Assembly (NCBI GenBank): GCA_019057865.1 | Contig: JAHLWP010000016.1 | Span: forward strand, 17,511-81,510 | Origin: Promethearchaeota archaeon | GTDB lineage: Archaea; Asgardarchaeota; Lokiarchaeia; Sigyniarchaeales; SOKP01 | Reading direction: 5' to 3' | DNA length: 64,000 nt | Part shown: piece by piece, positions 24,456 to 35,104 of the stretch | Numbering within the stretch: position 1 is the stretch's first letter | How the letters are laid out: each line of letters begins with the position of its first letter | Program-made: the position numbers and the translations under genes | The notes under the pieces: generated by a model | What the model was told of the DNA's origin: nothing | Seen by the model: the letters and a program-made list of their open reading frames with translations, nothing else | Database searches by the model: none

Positions 24456-24770
24456 TTATTCTTTTGCTTTAACAGAGACGCTATTCAATCTTATGTGCTC
24501 TTTTCCAATTATTAATGTTTTCATAGATTTACCTAACTTTACTTCCACTAAATAACAACGCCCTCTTTGTCCAGTTATTGTGCCAGTACGCCCGTGGAAT
24601 CTGGAATGTGGCATTCCACGGCGATGAACAGATGGATCAGTTATTATATCAACTTTATCGTTAATCTTATAATCAATTAAGTATTTTTCAATTGATCCTA
24701 ATCCTCTGTTTCGAACGTTTTTCCTATGTTTATGTCTTGTTTTTGAACGGTACCCACGATGTTTAACCAG
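24456..24770 (-). CDS. rpl21e: 50S ribosomal protein L21e, CTG start (missed by ORF track)
   Basis: Manual translation (M)VKHRGYRSKTRHK...GMPHSRFHGRTG...QRGRCY...HIR; AGGTG SD 7 nt upstream. Confidence 0.95.
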   Translation of the reverse strand: MVKHRGYRSKTRHKHRKNVRNRGLGSIEKYLIDYKINDKVDIITDPSVHRRGMPHSRFHGRTGTITGQRGRCYLVEVKLGKSMKTLIIGKEHIRLNSVSVKAKE

Positions 24771-24886
24771 CGCTTTGCACCTTTAAGATTTTAATTATTA
24801 TAACGAATCAATTAATTTAGTAGAATTATGAATAATTGTTTATTTATTTTTTTATTTTAAATGTATTAGTTATTGTAAAAGGAGTT

Positions 24887-26248
24887 CTAAAGTGAGATGT
24901 TAAATACATCTAACTCTTTACAAACTAATGGAAATTCAAAAACTTCTGAAAAAGACGGAGATGTTCGCCCTTGATCACCATTAATAAGCTCTTTAATATA
25001 AGTACCCCCTTGTGTTTCAATAGTAAATTCAAATAAATTTGATTTAATATATTTTCCCGTTATTTTATAGATAATTTTTTTTCTAACTTTATCAACACGA
25101 CGATGAGAAACTCTAATTGGTGTTCTTTGATGTATTTTTTGATTTTCAAAGATCGTTTTCAATTTTCTTAGTTTTTCTTCAAAAAATTCTTTAGTAATCC
25201 TATTTTGTACTTGGATCACTGCTTTATATGTTTTTTTTGTATTTTTTGATTCGGCTTTAAGTTTAATTACTTCTTTCTTATTACTATATTTTAAATTTGA
25301 AACTTTTACTTTTTTTTTAAGAGATTTATTAATTATTTTTTCTATATATACTAAATTTAAGTTCCTAACTTTTGGATTTCTTAATTCAAGAATGAATGGC
25401 CTTCCAGTACCTAGCATCCTTACATCAATATCTTCTCTTCCAGCTCCATGAAATTTAGAATCAGTAGCTTCCGATTCTTTAACAAATTCAGGACTAATTA
25501 ATTCCTCTATACTAGTTAAATATAGCTTTCCAGTGAAATTACATTGTTCACATCCTTTTCCCAGACAATTTTTGCAAAACCAGTGAGTTTGTGGGATTCC
25601 TCTTATCAATTTATTATATCTCCCGTAAATAAAAAGCGATTTAATTATTATATCTATCTTAAAAGAATCAAACCTTAAAGAATATATAATTAAAATATCC
25701 GGGTTATTAAATTCGGGAGTTTTTTTTAACATAACCATTAATTTTTTTCCAATCATACGATTGAAATGACTTTTAAAAGCTTCTGCTTCTAAGAGCTTAA
25801 ATTCTGTCTTAAATTTATCTTCGTTATTAATTATCTGTGAATCCGGACTTGAACCGACCAAGAAATTATTAAATTCAATCCCCTTAAGTTTAACCTTCAC
25901 TTCATTTATATAATTATCAATATTGGAAAATATATCATGACACAAGTAACAAGCTTGATATGGGTGTTTCTCTGAATACTCAAGTCCCTCATTTTCCAGA
26001 ACTTTTTGAGCAGGTAAAAAATGAGCGTTTTCAGCTAGAATTTTTAAATATTTCAATCCTTCTGCTTGTTGATCATCACCATTGGATAAATATTTACGAT
26101 GGTTTTCCATAGTTAATGAAAGTAATAATGAATATCCTCTTTCTTTATTTGTTGTACTTGTACCTAGTAAAGAAAACATTCTTCCAAGACAGGGGATACA
26201 AATATAGTACTTCGAATAAATTTCAAGAACTTTATGGAAGATCATCAT
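24887..26248 (-). CDS. pus10: tRNA pseudouridine(54/55) synthase Pus10
   Basis: FHGAGREDIDVRMLGTGRPF, GGTYIKELINGDQGRT. Confidence 0.96.
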   Translation of the reverse strand: MMIFHKVLEIYSKYYICIPCLGRMFSLLGTSTTNKERGYSLLLSLTMENHRKYLSNGDDQQAEGLKYLKILAENAHFLPAQKVLENEGLEYSEKHPYQACYLCHDIFSNIDNYINEVKVKLKGIEFNNFLVGSSPDSQIINNEDKFKTEFKLLEAEAFKSHFNRMIGKKLMVMLKKTPEFNNPDILIIYSLRFDSFKIDIIIKSLFIYGRYNKLIRGIPQTHWFCKNCLGKGCEQCNFTGKLYLTSIEELISPEFVKESEATDSKFHGAGREDIDVRMLGTGRPFILELRNPKVRNLNLVYIEKIINKSLKKKVKVSNLKYSNKKEVIKLKAESKNTKKTYKAVIQVQNRITKEFFEEKLRKLKTIFENQKIHQRTPIRVSHRRVDKVRKKIIYKITGKYIKSNLFEFTIETQGGTYIKELINGDQGRTSPSFSEVFEFPLVCKELDVFNISL

Positions 26249-26386
26249 TATTAAAAATTAATTATTCACTGCTTATTGATTTTATTCAAGTAAAGAAAAT
26301 TCATTAAAAAAACTTTAAAATAAAAAATTTATTTTTCTATTTAATTTCATTAATTAGTTTTTTACAGCATATTAGTTTGACATCAA

Positions 26387-26614
26387 TTGGTAAAAGGATA
26401 CGTCAAATGGTTTGATGCTCGAAAAGGATTTGGCTTTATAACCATAGATGGTGAAGATAATCAAGATGATGTATTTATTCATTTCTCGAATTTAAACATG
26501 GATGGTTTCAAGAAATTTAATGCTGGTGATGAGGTTGAGTTTGAAATAAACGACTCAAAAGAGGGTAAAGGTCCTGAAGCACTTAATGTAAGGGTAAAAA
26601 GTAAAGACAGATGA
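26387..26614 (+). CDS. Cold-shock domain protein
   Basis: GYVKWFDARKGFGFI, DVFIHFS. Confidence 0.95.
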   Translation: MVKGYVKWFDARKGFGFITIDGEDNQDDVFIHFSNLNMDGFKKFNAGDEVEFEINDSKEGKGPEALNVRVKSKDR

Positions 26615-26730
26615 TATTAAGTTCTAAATTGTTGTAACTTTTCTCAAGTTCTTATTTTCAACTTTTAATTTGTGAAATTAAATATATTGGTTAAAAATTA
26701 AAAAAAAAAATTATTAAATTAAATTTTAAT

Positions 26731-28101
26731 TTACTTCTTTTCCCATTCAAAATCTAATTGGACAAATTTCCTCGTATAGAAATAAGAAATAATCAATATA
26801 ACTGACACAATTGGTCCGAATATAAGTAATCCAATTGAGAATGAATATGGTTCTGGAACATAATCTCTTGTTAAATCAGGTAAAGACAATATAGCTCCAA
26901 TAAAAAAAGCTCCACCTGCTTGAAATAGGTTAAGAATTATGGAAGGAAATCCTGAATATATTCCTGCTTTTAATTCTCCCGTTAATTTTTCATCATCTTC
27001 TGCAACATCAGCATAGATAATATATGGGAACAAATACCAACCTCCCAAGATAGCACCAATCCCTACAATGAATATTATTCCCAGAATTAAGAAACTATCC
27101 ATTGGTAGAAATCCTAAAAGAGTAATTGGAAGAAATAATACGGCAAGGAGAAACACATATAGCAGAGTTCGTTTTTTACCTATTTTTTGAATTTTTCTTC
27201 TCCAAAGATATAAAAATATGAAAATTGTTAGTAGCAACGAAACTGCCGCAATAATGTAATCCATCATACCCAAATTTAAAGCATCTATAAGATATTTCAA
27301 CATTGCGGTTGTTATCATAGACCAACCAAGACCTGATATACCTCCCATTAGAACAATTAACATAAAATTTTTATTTTTAACAATAGTTTTTAGATTTTCA
27401 ATAAGACTTGATTCTATTTTGTAATGTGGCTCTGTTGGCATTTTAAAAGCAATTATATAAAACAATACGATGGTCATAATTCCGAAAATTATTATTGGAA
27501 TAGAGATATTTAATGGAATAGAGATATTTAGATTAGTAGCTGCTTTTAAATCATCTATATAACTAGTTAGAAAAATTAATGAAAAAAGTGCCATAATTCC
27601 ATTCCCTATGTAATTAAAGGTGTTTTGAAATTGAGAAACTTTAGGTCTTTCTTCTACTGGGAATTCTTCTGCCATCCACGCTTGGTAGGGGGTAGTAACA
27701 GAATAAGAAAACCTAAATAGAACCTCCCATACTAACATCCATGTAAATAGGATTTTTTTATCATTAAGGTCAATCATAAAACCAGGTAACAATAAGAAAA
27801 TTGTGGCCAATCCTAAGATTGGAGCAAATATTATGATATATGGTTTTCTGCGTCCCCAACGTGTATATTTAGCATCACTAAGCCATCCAAATAAAAACTG
27901 GGACAGGGCAATAGTTAAATAACCCATACTAATTATGAAACCAGCTTGAAATGGAGGTAACCTATAACCGGAAGTATAGAGCGTGAATAAAGCCCATCCT
28001 TCGATACCAAGCACGATCGATGTCCCTAATCTTGGTGATCCAAAGAGAATTTTTTTAAAATTACTAGTTCTTTCCCTCACTATTTCATCGGAATCACTCA
28101 T
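26731..28101 (-). CDS. MFS transporter, GPH/MelB-like
   Basis: GWLSDAKYTRWGRRKPY; about 12 TM. Confidence 0.9.
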   Translation of the reverse strand: MSDSDEIVRERTSNFKKILFGSPRLGTSIVLGIEGWALFTLYTSGYRLPPFQAGFIISMGYLTIALSQFLFGWLSDAKYTRWGRRKPYIIIFAPILGLATIFLLLPGFMIDLNDKKILFTWMLVWEVLFRFSYSVTTPYQAWMAEEFPVEERPKVSQFQNTFNYIGNGIMALFSLIFLTSYIDDLKAATNLNISIPLNISIPIIIFGIMTIVLFYIIAFKMPTEPHYKIESSLIENLKTIVKNKNFMLIVLMGGISGLGWSMITTAMLKYLIDALNLGMMDYIIAAVSLLLTIFIFLYLWRRKIQKIGKKRTLLYVFLLAVLFLPITLLGFLPMDSFLILGIIFIVGIGAILGGWYLFPYIIYADVAEDDEKLTGELKAGIYSGFPSIILNLFQAGGAFFIGAILSLPDLTRDYVPEPYSFSIGLLIFGPIVSVILIISYFYTRKFVQLDFEWEKK

Positions 28102-28254
28102 TTAAATTCACTATTTAAGTATTTAATACATTTTTGATAAATTTTGTTTAAATATAGATTATCAATGAACTTATATAAAAGTATATCAAATTTAAGTATT
28201 TAAGCAAGAACTTAACAAAATAAGAAAGAGTAATTGAACTTTTAAAAATCCCTT

Positions 28255-29238
28255 TTAGTCCTCTTCTTCATCCCAACCGAGATCTTTTAATATAGAATCT
28301 ATCGCTCCAGATTCTTCTTCTAAAATAAATTCCGTATCATATTCAGTGGCCTCATACGCCGAGTCAAAATCAGGAGGGGCCAATTCTTCAAATGAAGGTA
28401 ATTTATCGAGAGGAGGCATATCTTCTCTAATTGCTCTTTCTTGGGATACCGATTCTTCTTCAATTTCCATTGGAGTATAATCTTCAAGTGGAACTGGAGG
28501 TACTTCATCATTATACACTTTAAATTGAGTTTGATCTTCTGATATTAAAGTTTCAGGTACATCAGTGGGCATTTCTTCGGTTATATGCTTAACTTCTTTA
28601 TCAAAATCTAACCCAACCGATTTTGGAATTGTTACTATATTATCTATGCTTTCTGCTTCTAATTCCTCGAATTCACCCCCTTCTTTTTCCCAATCATCCA
28701 AGAACCCTAATAAATCGTTTAATGCTTCCTTATCTTGTTCAACTGAAGGAATCCTTAGAAGTTTTGGTTCTTCTTCCACTTGTTCAGGTTTTATTTTCTC
28801 AACTTCTGGTTCTTCTAAGGAAAGGGTCATTTCAGTTTCTTTATCTCCAGATAGTAATCTATTTAATTTCCTAGCTAATTCGCGTAAATATCCTAGATAA
28901 AATCCAATTCTATAACTTTTTCTTAACCCCCCAAATACAATATATTCATCATTAATTGCCATCAATATACTATATCCTGATTTATTATGTAGTATAATTT
29001 CTGTTAATGCACCATGAACTGTCGCTTGGTTTAATCGTAATCCTAAATCAATAAGTGCAGTACTAGAGGCAGAAGTTGCATCAGCATCTAATTCTGATGA
29101 AACAGCACTTGCAACCTTCATTCCTACTCTAGATAAAACGGCAAGATTTTCTAAATCTGTTTTCTCTTCTTCTTCTTTTAAAACAAACATCATTTTTTTT
29201 CGTAGATTTTCTGAGATTGATGACATTTTTACTTTCAC
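28255..29238 (-). CDS. Roadblock/LC7-like domain protein with long acidic tail
   Basis: LAVLSRVGMKVAS...SASSTALIDLG...EIILHNKSGYSIL; D/E/P-rich C-terminal half. Confidence 0.75.
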   Translation of the reverse strand: MKVKMSSISENLRKKMMFVLKEEEEKTDLENLAVLSRVGMKVASAVSSELDADATSASSTALIDLGLRLNQATVHGALTEIILHNKSGYSILMAINDEYIVFGGLRKSYRIGFYLGYLRELARKLNRLLSGDKETEMTLSLEEPEVEKIKPEQVEEEPKLLRIPSVEQDKEALNDLLGFLDDWEKEGGEFEELEAESIDNIVTIPKSVGLDFDKEVKHITEEMPTDVPETLISEDQTQFKVYNDEVPPVPLEDYTPMEIEEESVSQERAIREDMPPLDKLPSFEELAPPDFDSAYEATEYDTEFILEEESGAIDSILKDLGWDEEED

Positions 29239-29323
29239 TAAATTAATATCCTATTGAAAAGTATTATTTTTTATGATTTTATGTATTAATAGCAAATTTA
29301 TTTTAATATATTTTATCACTATT

Positions 29324-30034
29324 TCATTTTAAAAACTCATTTAAATTCATTTGAGTTGTTTGAGATTTTTCAAGCTTTTTAAAAGAGTACCCCGATAAAT
29401 CTGTTATAACTATTTTTATTTTATCGATTACATCCTCAATAGTTAAGTTTTCGGTTTCTATTTTGAAAACATTTTGTTTTTTTAATAAAAATTGATTATA
29501 ATAAGAAAGAATTTTGATAAGGTATTCTTTATCAGCTTCATTCCATTCTAATCTAACTGCTTCAATTGATCCTCTTTGAATTATACGTCGTAAAATTGTA
29601 TTTGGGTTAGCATATAAATAAATTATATAATCCTCTTTCCATTTGATAGAATTATATGTGTCTAAAATAAGCTTATAGTCTTTTTCTTTTAAATTTAAAC
29701 TTTTGGAATATATTAATACGCATAGAGGTGTTCTGTCTAAAATCATTACTCTACCATTATATTTATTATCGTAATTCACGATACTTTGATTTCTTCTGAT
29801 GAATTGTTGAAGAAAATGAAGTTCACTTCTAAATCCAATTTGTTTGTCTGAAGAACCAAAGGGAAAAGGTGGATTTTTTTTATATCTTTCAGGGAAAAAT
29901 TTAAATTTATTATTATCTATAACCATTTTTTTAAGAAGATTAAATACAGAGGTTTTACCAACTCCATGTGCTCCTGCAATAGAGATTATAATATTATCTT
30001 TACTGGCTCTATTTCTATAAATTCTTTTGCTCAA
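29324..30034 (-). CDS. Deoxynucleoside/thymidylate kinase family protein
   Basis: GAHGVGKT, ILDR, RIIQRG. Confidence 0.85.
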   Translation of the reverse strand: MSKRIYRNRASKDNIIISIAGAHGVGKTSVFNLLKKMVIDNNKFKFFPERYKKNPPFPFGSSDKQIGFRSELHFLQQFIRRNQSIVNYDNKYNGRVMILDRTPLCVLIYSKSLNLKEKDYKLILDTYNSIKWKEDYIIYLYANPNTILRRIIQRGSIEAVRLEWNEADKEYLIKILSYYNQFLLKKQNVFKIETENLTIEDVIDKIKIVITDLSGYSFKKLEKSQTTQMNLNEFLK

Positions 30035-30162
30035 TCTTTTTTACTCCAAACTGCGAAGATTATATCCTATTAGGTATAGTTATGGTTTTAAATAATAGCA
30101 CTAGAGATTATTGATTTTTTTATTATTAAAATTTTATATTTAAGGGATAATGAATACTTCTT

Positions 30163-31245
30163 TTAAAGAACTAGAAAAATTACTATCAGAAGATTGTAAA
30201 AAATACTTGCTATAATTGTATTGTATAAATTTTTGTTTATTTCATATAATAATCCTAAAATCGTGAAGATTATAAAATTTACATAAAAATACCCTAATCC
30301 TATAGGAAAAGAAAATAACAACATTAAAACAGAATATATCAATGCAACAAAAAGAATAACTTTAAAATCATTCTTAAATCTCTCTTTTAGGGTGTTATGT
30401 AGAACTCCTCTAAATACAATTTCAGTTGAAAAACTACCTAAGCTTAAAAGAATTGTAAGTAATGCAATTAATAGAAAATCAGCATCTCGTATAATTGAAT
30501 TTTGTTCTTCAATAGTTTCTTTTATTTCAAAAAAATCCAGACCCCGATCAGATATAAGATCAATTAAGTAACCTGAAAAATAATTAATTAGGAATAAACA
30601 TAATCCAACTAAAACGCCAATTAACAGTGCTAAAATAAACTTCTTAAATTCTGAAATTAAGCCTAATTTCTTATAACTATGTTTTTTGGAATATATATAC
30701 CATAAAGGGTATATGCCAAATAATAATTCTGGAATTTGACTTAATAGAATAATGTTCATATTGAGCTCTATTTTAGTAGCTTCTGTTTGAAACGCTATAA
30801 TAGTAAAAAGTAGAAAATAAATAATGATTAAAATATATAAGCAATTTCCAAAAATGTTAATACCTTCTTTCAAATTCCATGTATCTTTCTTTAATATGAA
30901 TTTTTGTTCGACTTCAAATTTTTTATTGGTAAAAATTAAACCAGGTTTTTTTTGAATCATTAATTTTTTTTGTTCAGATATTTTCTCTAACATAGTATTA
31001 CATATTGGACATTGATCTAAAACACTAGATGTAATTATAGAACCACAACCAGAACATTTTCGGGTAATTTGGATTTTCTCGCCAACAACAGGTCTTCTTA
31101 CAATTTGTTGTTTAACTTCTTTTTTTTCTGGCTTTATTTTCAAAACTAACTTACCACAATTAGGGCAATATATTCTTCCTTCTTCTATATATTTTCCACA
31201 AAAGACGCAATACTTAGCTCTCTTCTCTTCGTTATCTTCAGACAT
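30163..31245 (-). CDS. Double zinc ribbon + CPBP-like membrane protein
   Basis: Four CxxC; TEIVFRG with degenerate catalytic residues. Confidence 0.8.
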   Translation of the reverse strand: MSEDNEEKRAKYCVFCGKYIEEGRIYCPNCGKLVLKIKPEKKEVKQQIVRRPVVGEKIQITRKCSGCGSIITSSVLDQCPICNTMLEKISEQKKLMIQKKPGLIFTNKKFEVEQKFILKKDTWNLKEGINIFGNCLYILIIIYFLLFTIIAFQTEATKIELNMNIILLSQIPELLFGIYPLWYIYSKKHSYKKLGLISEFKKFILALLIGVLVGLCLFLINYFSGYLIDLISDRGLDFFEIKETIEEQNSIIRDADFLLIALLTILLSLGSFSTEIVFRGVLHNTLKERFKNDFKVILFVALIYSVLMLLFSFPIGLGYFYVNFIIFTILGLLYEINKNLYNTIIASIFYNLLIVIFLVL

Positions 31246-31403
31246 TATTCACTGTAATCAGAAAGATTAAATTAACAATAAAATCTAATAAAAATATTTT
31301 TTCTTTATTTTATTTTGTAAAATATATAAACTAAGAATTATATAATTTATGATTATATATTAAATAACTATAAGGAGTAAAGGAAGGAAAGAAGGGAAGA
31401 AAA

Positions 31404-31790
31404 TTGTTAAAAAAATTATTTAAAAAACGAATACATGAAATATTAGAGAAATACAATGATAAAAATGCTCTAATCATTGATGAAATTTCTAATTTTTTTG
31501 GACAAGAATCCTTAGGAGTATTGAAAGTACGTGGAAATGGTGTTTTAATTCTCACAGAAGAAGAGCTATTCTTTGAAATGTGGAAACCTAAAAAAGAGCT
31601 ATTGATTCCTATTAAAACTATCATTGAAATTACAAATTCAAAATCACATATGCATAGATCTGTGTTTAGACCACTTTTAAAAGTAATATTTAAGAATGAG
31701 AATAATGAAGTTGATTCAGCTGCTTGGTATGTACGCAATTTAGATCATTGGAATGAAATATTAAATAAATTAATCAATAAAAATATATAA
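31404..31790 (+). CDS. Hypothetical protein, possible PH/GRAM-like fold
   Basis: GVLILTEEELFF...IPIKTIIEI...W in terminal helix. Confidence 0.65.
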   Translation: MLKKLFKKRIHEILEKYNDKNALIIDEISNFFGQESLGVLKVRGNGVLILTEEELFFEMWKPKKELLIPIKTIIEITNSKSHMHRSVFRPLLKVIFKNENNEVDSAAWYVRNLDHWNEILNKLINKNI

Positions 31791-31798
31791 GCTTCTAA

Positions 31799-33064
31799 TT
31801 ATTCATTATTCATTTTCTCAGTATGAATTTTCAATTTTTTTTTAGTTATATTATATAATTCCATTAACAATAATCCTTGATAATATGTGATTGAGTCAAA
31901 ATAACCCTCTCCTAAATCAGACTTCCCTGCGTAAACTAAAGCAATTTGAGCATTAAGCGCCGCTTTCATTATAAGTTCTACGCCTTTATATATTAAATTA
32001 GGACTCCACATCCCTTTTTCTGGATTTGCCCACCAAGTGGGACAAGAATAAAGACATTTATCATAGAACCACCGAGCTGTTGTATAATAATGTTTAATTT
32101 CCCAATTTTGTATTATATCGATATCATCTACTAAATAAATAAGATTATTCATACTTCGCATGATTTTCCAATAATATTTATGAATATTGTTCTCAGGATG
32201 ATTCCATAAAGGATAGGGAATCCCTACTTTTATATCCTCAATAGTAGTGCTCCAACTTGATTCCCTTGGGACGATTTTTTCCTCTGCGATAGGAAAATAT
32301 TTATCCAAATCTGAAATAAATACTATTTCAATATCATTATTCTCATTAATAATTTCCAAAGTTTTACCTAAAAAAGTCTTCTCGTATTTTTTTATGTGAT
32401 GTCCGAATGTTTCACCATCCATAGCCGTAATTATATAACTATTATTCTTATAATCCTGTTTTTTGTCCTTATACATAATATTTAATTCCTTAACGAATTC
32501 CTTAGTACTAATTGATTTAAAAGCAATTTTGTTACTCAAGATTTCATCTCTAAAAAAAAGCTGTAACCCATTTGGAGATTTATATATCCTATCATATGGC
32601 CACTCAATAGGACAAGCAATTCCACTTACTATTACCCATTTATAACCTAAATCTCGTATGAATTTAGCAACCCCTCCTGAGATTGCCATTTCTGGTGGAA
32701 AAAAACCTTTTCTTTGCCAACGACCGAATTCTTTTCTATTTAAATCCTCATTAATTTGAATTTGATGTTGAGTTTCTTTAATAGGGATTAATGGAAGAAT
32801 AGGATGAAACTTTGCTGTTCCGACGATTTCAATTTTATTTTCTGAAACTAAATTCTTTATTAAATCCATAGTATCACCTAATTCATATTCATAAAGCAAT
32901 TCAATAAGAACACCATTAATATTTAAGCAAAATTTGGCATTTTCATGATCTTCAATAATGGAAAATAAAGGTTTGTAACATTCTTTGTCAATTGTTTTTA
33001 AAATTTCGATCTCTTGGTTTGGTGGTTGATAAACATGAATAAGAGGTGCCCAATAAGTGACCAA
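31799..33064 (-). CDS. Glycoside hydrolase family 57 protein
   Basis: HVYQP, HPILPLI, GFFPPEMA, DGETFGHH. Confidence 0.92.
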   Translation of the reverse strand: MVTYWAPLIHVYQPPNQEIEILKTIDKECYKPLFSIIEDHENAKFCLNINGVLIELLYEYELGDTMDLIKNLVSENKIEIVGTAKFHPILPLIPIKETQHQIQINEDLNRKEFGRWQRKGFFPPEMAISGGVAKFIRDLGYKWVIVSGIACPIEWPYDRIYKSPNGLQLFFRDEILSNKIAFKSISTKEFVKELNIMYKDKKQDYKNNSYIITAMDGETFGHHIKKYEKTFLGKTLEIINENNDIEIVFISDLDKYFPIAEEKIVPRESSWSTTIEDIKVGIPYPLWNHPENNIHKYYWKIMRSMNNLIYLVDDIDIIQNWEIKHYYTTARWFYDKCLYSCPTWWANPEKGMWSPNLIYKGVELIMKAALNAQIALVYAGKSDLGEGYFDSITYYQGLLLMELYNITKKKLKIHTEKMNNE

Positions 33065-33119
33065 TTAATTACACCTTTTTTTAAATAATTGTAATTTAAT
33101 TTTCAATATAAGTAAATAT

Positions 33120-34235
33120 TTATTTTTCAAGAATTGTTTCTTTTATTGCTGTGCCAAAATGAGTGGCGCCAGGTCCGATATGGACTAATACTTCATCTCC
33201 AACCTTAATATCTACAACGGATTTGGCATTACCGTTAATATCGATTAAACGTATAGTTTCTGCATTTTGACATATACAATAAATTGGAATTGTTATATCT
33301 CCTTTTGATACTTCTAATTCAAATCTGAGCATTGGACGCGTTTCGATTTTCACCCTTCCTACTGATACAATTCTAGCATCACCATTACTGCTAACTGCTA
33401 ATACTCTATCCCCACCTTTTAATTCACTCAGATATTTAGTACGATATATCTTCTCGGGATCATCATTATGTACTAAGATATAGGCGGATACATCTCCAGC
33501 ATTAACCCTAAACGGTCTGGAAGCTACGAATTGTGTTTCAAAAACCTCAGCATGAATTAAGCAGAATCCTGTTGCGGTAGAACCCACAAGAAATCCCTCC
33601 CCGGGATGAAGGAGAGAAGTTGTATCAACACACACTCGATCGCTTTCAGGTATACTATTGATGTTAATGACTCTTGCTGCTGTTAAATCAATTTTGAATG
33701 AAATAAATAATAACTTTTTTAATTCAACCAACTCATTTACATTATTAGGCTTAATTAAAATTCCATCAACACCAATTTCAAGTGTCTTTAACATTAATTC
33801 AGCTTCTTTAACATTCTCCACTTCAGCAATCAATTCTGTTTCATGTGAATGCATTTCTGCTATAAGATTTTCAAATGGAATAATTTTCCAATTTCTTGTA
33901 GAAATAATAATCAGATCTATTTTCCCTGTTTTCGAGAGTTCTACTACTTCTCTCTCATCTTCCTTTGATTTTAATTTTTTATAAAAACCTATATTTTCTC
34001 CAGAAATTCTTTTTTCTGCTAACTTCTTTTGTAATTCTTCTTTATTTTCATAGATCGTATATTTAGCAGGTACTTCAAGATCTTTTGTGAAAATAGTAAT
34101 ACGCTCAATTCCCTTGAACTCAGAAAAAGTAGACTCAGTAACCAGAAAATTTAGAAAATTTTTATTAAATGCCTCTTGAACTAATTCCTTGAAACTGCTA
34201 CTTCTAGTTTCAAAGTTTATTATAATTTTTTTCAT
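33120..34235 (-). CDS. 3-dehydroquinate synthase II
   Basis: DRVCVDT, RPFRVNAG, GRVKIETRP, QNAETIRL. Confidence 0.95.
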   Translation of the reverse strand: MKKIIINFETRSSSFKELVQEAFNKNFLNFLVTESTFSEFKGIERITIFTKDLEVPAKYTIYENKEELQKKLAEKRISGENIGFYKKLKSKEDEREVVELSKTGKIDLIIISTRNWKIIPFENLIAEMHSHETELIAEVENVKEAELMLKTLEIGVDGILIKPNNVNELVELKKLLFISFKIDLTAARVININSIPESDRVCVDTTSLLHPGEGFLVGSTATGFCLIHAEVFETQFVASRPFRVNAGDVSAYILVHNDDPEKIYRTKYLSELKGGDRVLAVSSNGDARIVSVGRVKIETRPMLRFELEVSKGDITIPIYCICQNAETIRLIDINGNAKSVVDIKVGDEVLVHIGPGATHFGTAIKETILEK

Positions 34236-34385
34236 TATTTTTCAAAATTTGGTCTATGAAAACTTTTTTGATGAGAATTCTTTTATTATATTATATTAAA
34301 TAATATTAAATTTTTAAGCTAGAAAAATCATATATTTCATAAAATAGATAATATTATGAATTAATTATGAAACTCTGGAGTTGAG

Positions 34386-35039
34386 ATGCTTATAGGACTC
34401 AAGAAAAAATTATTCCCCCGGAAAAGTAAAGAAAAAGATGATTTAGTCTCTAAAGCAAAAGGTCATATTCATAGATTGAATGTAATGAATAAAAATTATA
34501 GCCGACGTGCTGAGATTAATCGTAAAAATGCCAAAATTGCATTGAAACGTGGAGAAAAAGATCGTGCGAAGAATTATCTTATTCAATACAAGGCTTATCA
34601 AGCCAAGGTTGATAGATCCAATAATATTAGAGCAAAAATCGAAAGACAAATTCAAGCAATAGAAGAGGGTGTTTTAATATCGAAAACTGGTGATATATTT
34701 GGAGGGATAAGAGATGAATTGGAATATATTGCCACTAAAGCTTCCCCTGCTAAAGTTGCTGAAATCGCAGAAGATTCTGAAGCATATGTAGCAGAAATTG
34801 AAGAAGCAGCAGATATTTTAGCGGGAGATCCTGAGATAGATCTTGCAATTGATGTTACAGAAGAATTAAATCAATTGGAAACGGAAATACTCCTTGATCA
34901 AGGAGGTACAATGCCCAAAGTTCCCGCAGATGATTTACAATACATTCCTGAATACGAAGAACTTGAAGAAGAAGAGATGAAATCAAAAGAAAAGCTTAAG
35001 GATGAGATCGATAAACTACGCAAAGAATTACAAGGCTAA
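34386..35039 (+). CDS. Snf7/ESCRT-III family protein (Vps20/32/60-like)
   Basis: Basic helical hairpin AKIALKRGEKDRAKNYL...IERQIQAIE; acidic C-terminus ending IDKLRKELQG. Confidence 0.85.
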   Translation: MLIGLKKKLFPRKSKEKDDLVSKAKGHIHRLNVMNKNYSRRAEINRKNAKIALKRGEKDRAKNYLIQYKAYQAKVDRSNNIRAKIERQIQAIEEGVLISKTGDIFGGIRDELEYIATKASPAKVAEIAEDSEAYVAEIEEAADILAGDPEIDLAIDVTEELNQLETEILLDQGGTMPKVPADDLQYIPEYEELEEEEMKSKEKLKDEIDKLRKELQG

Positions 35040-35104
35040 TTCTTTTGGTACAATAATCGATTTGAAGCTTATTATATTATCATTTAGCTGGGTTATAATA
35101 AAAT

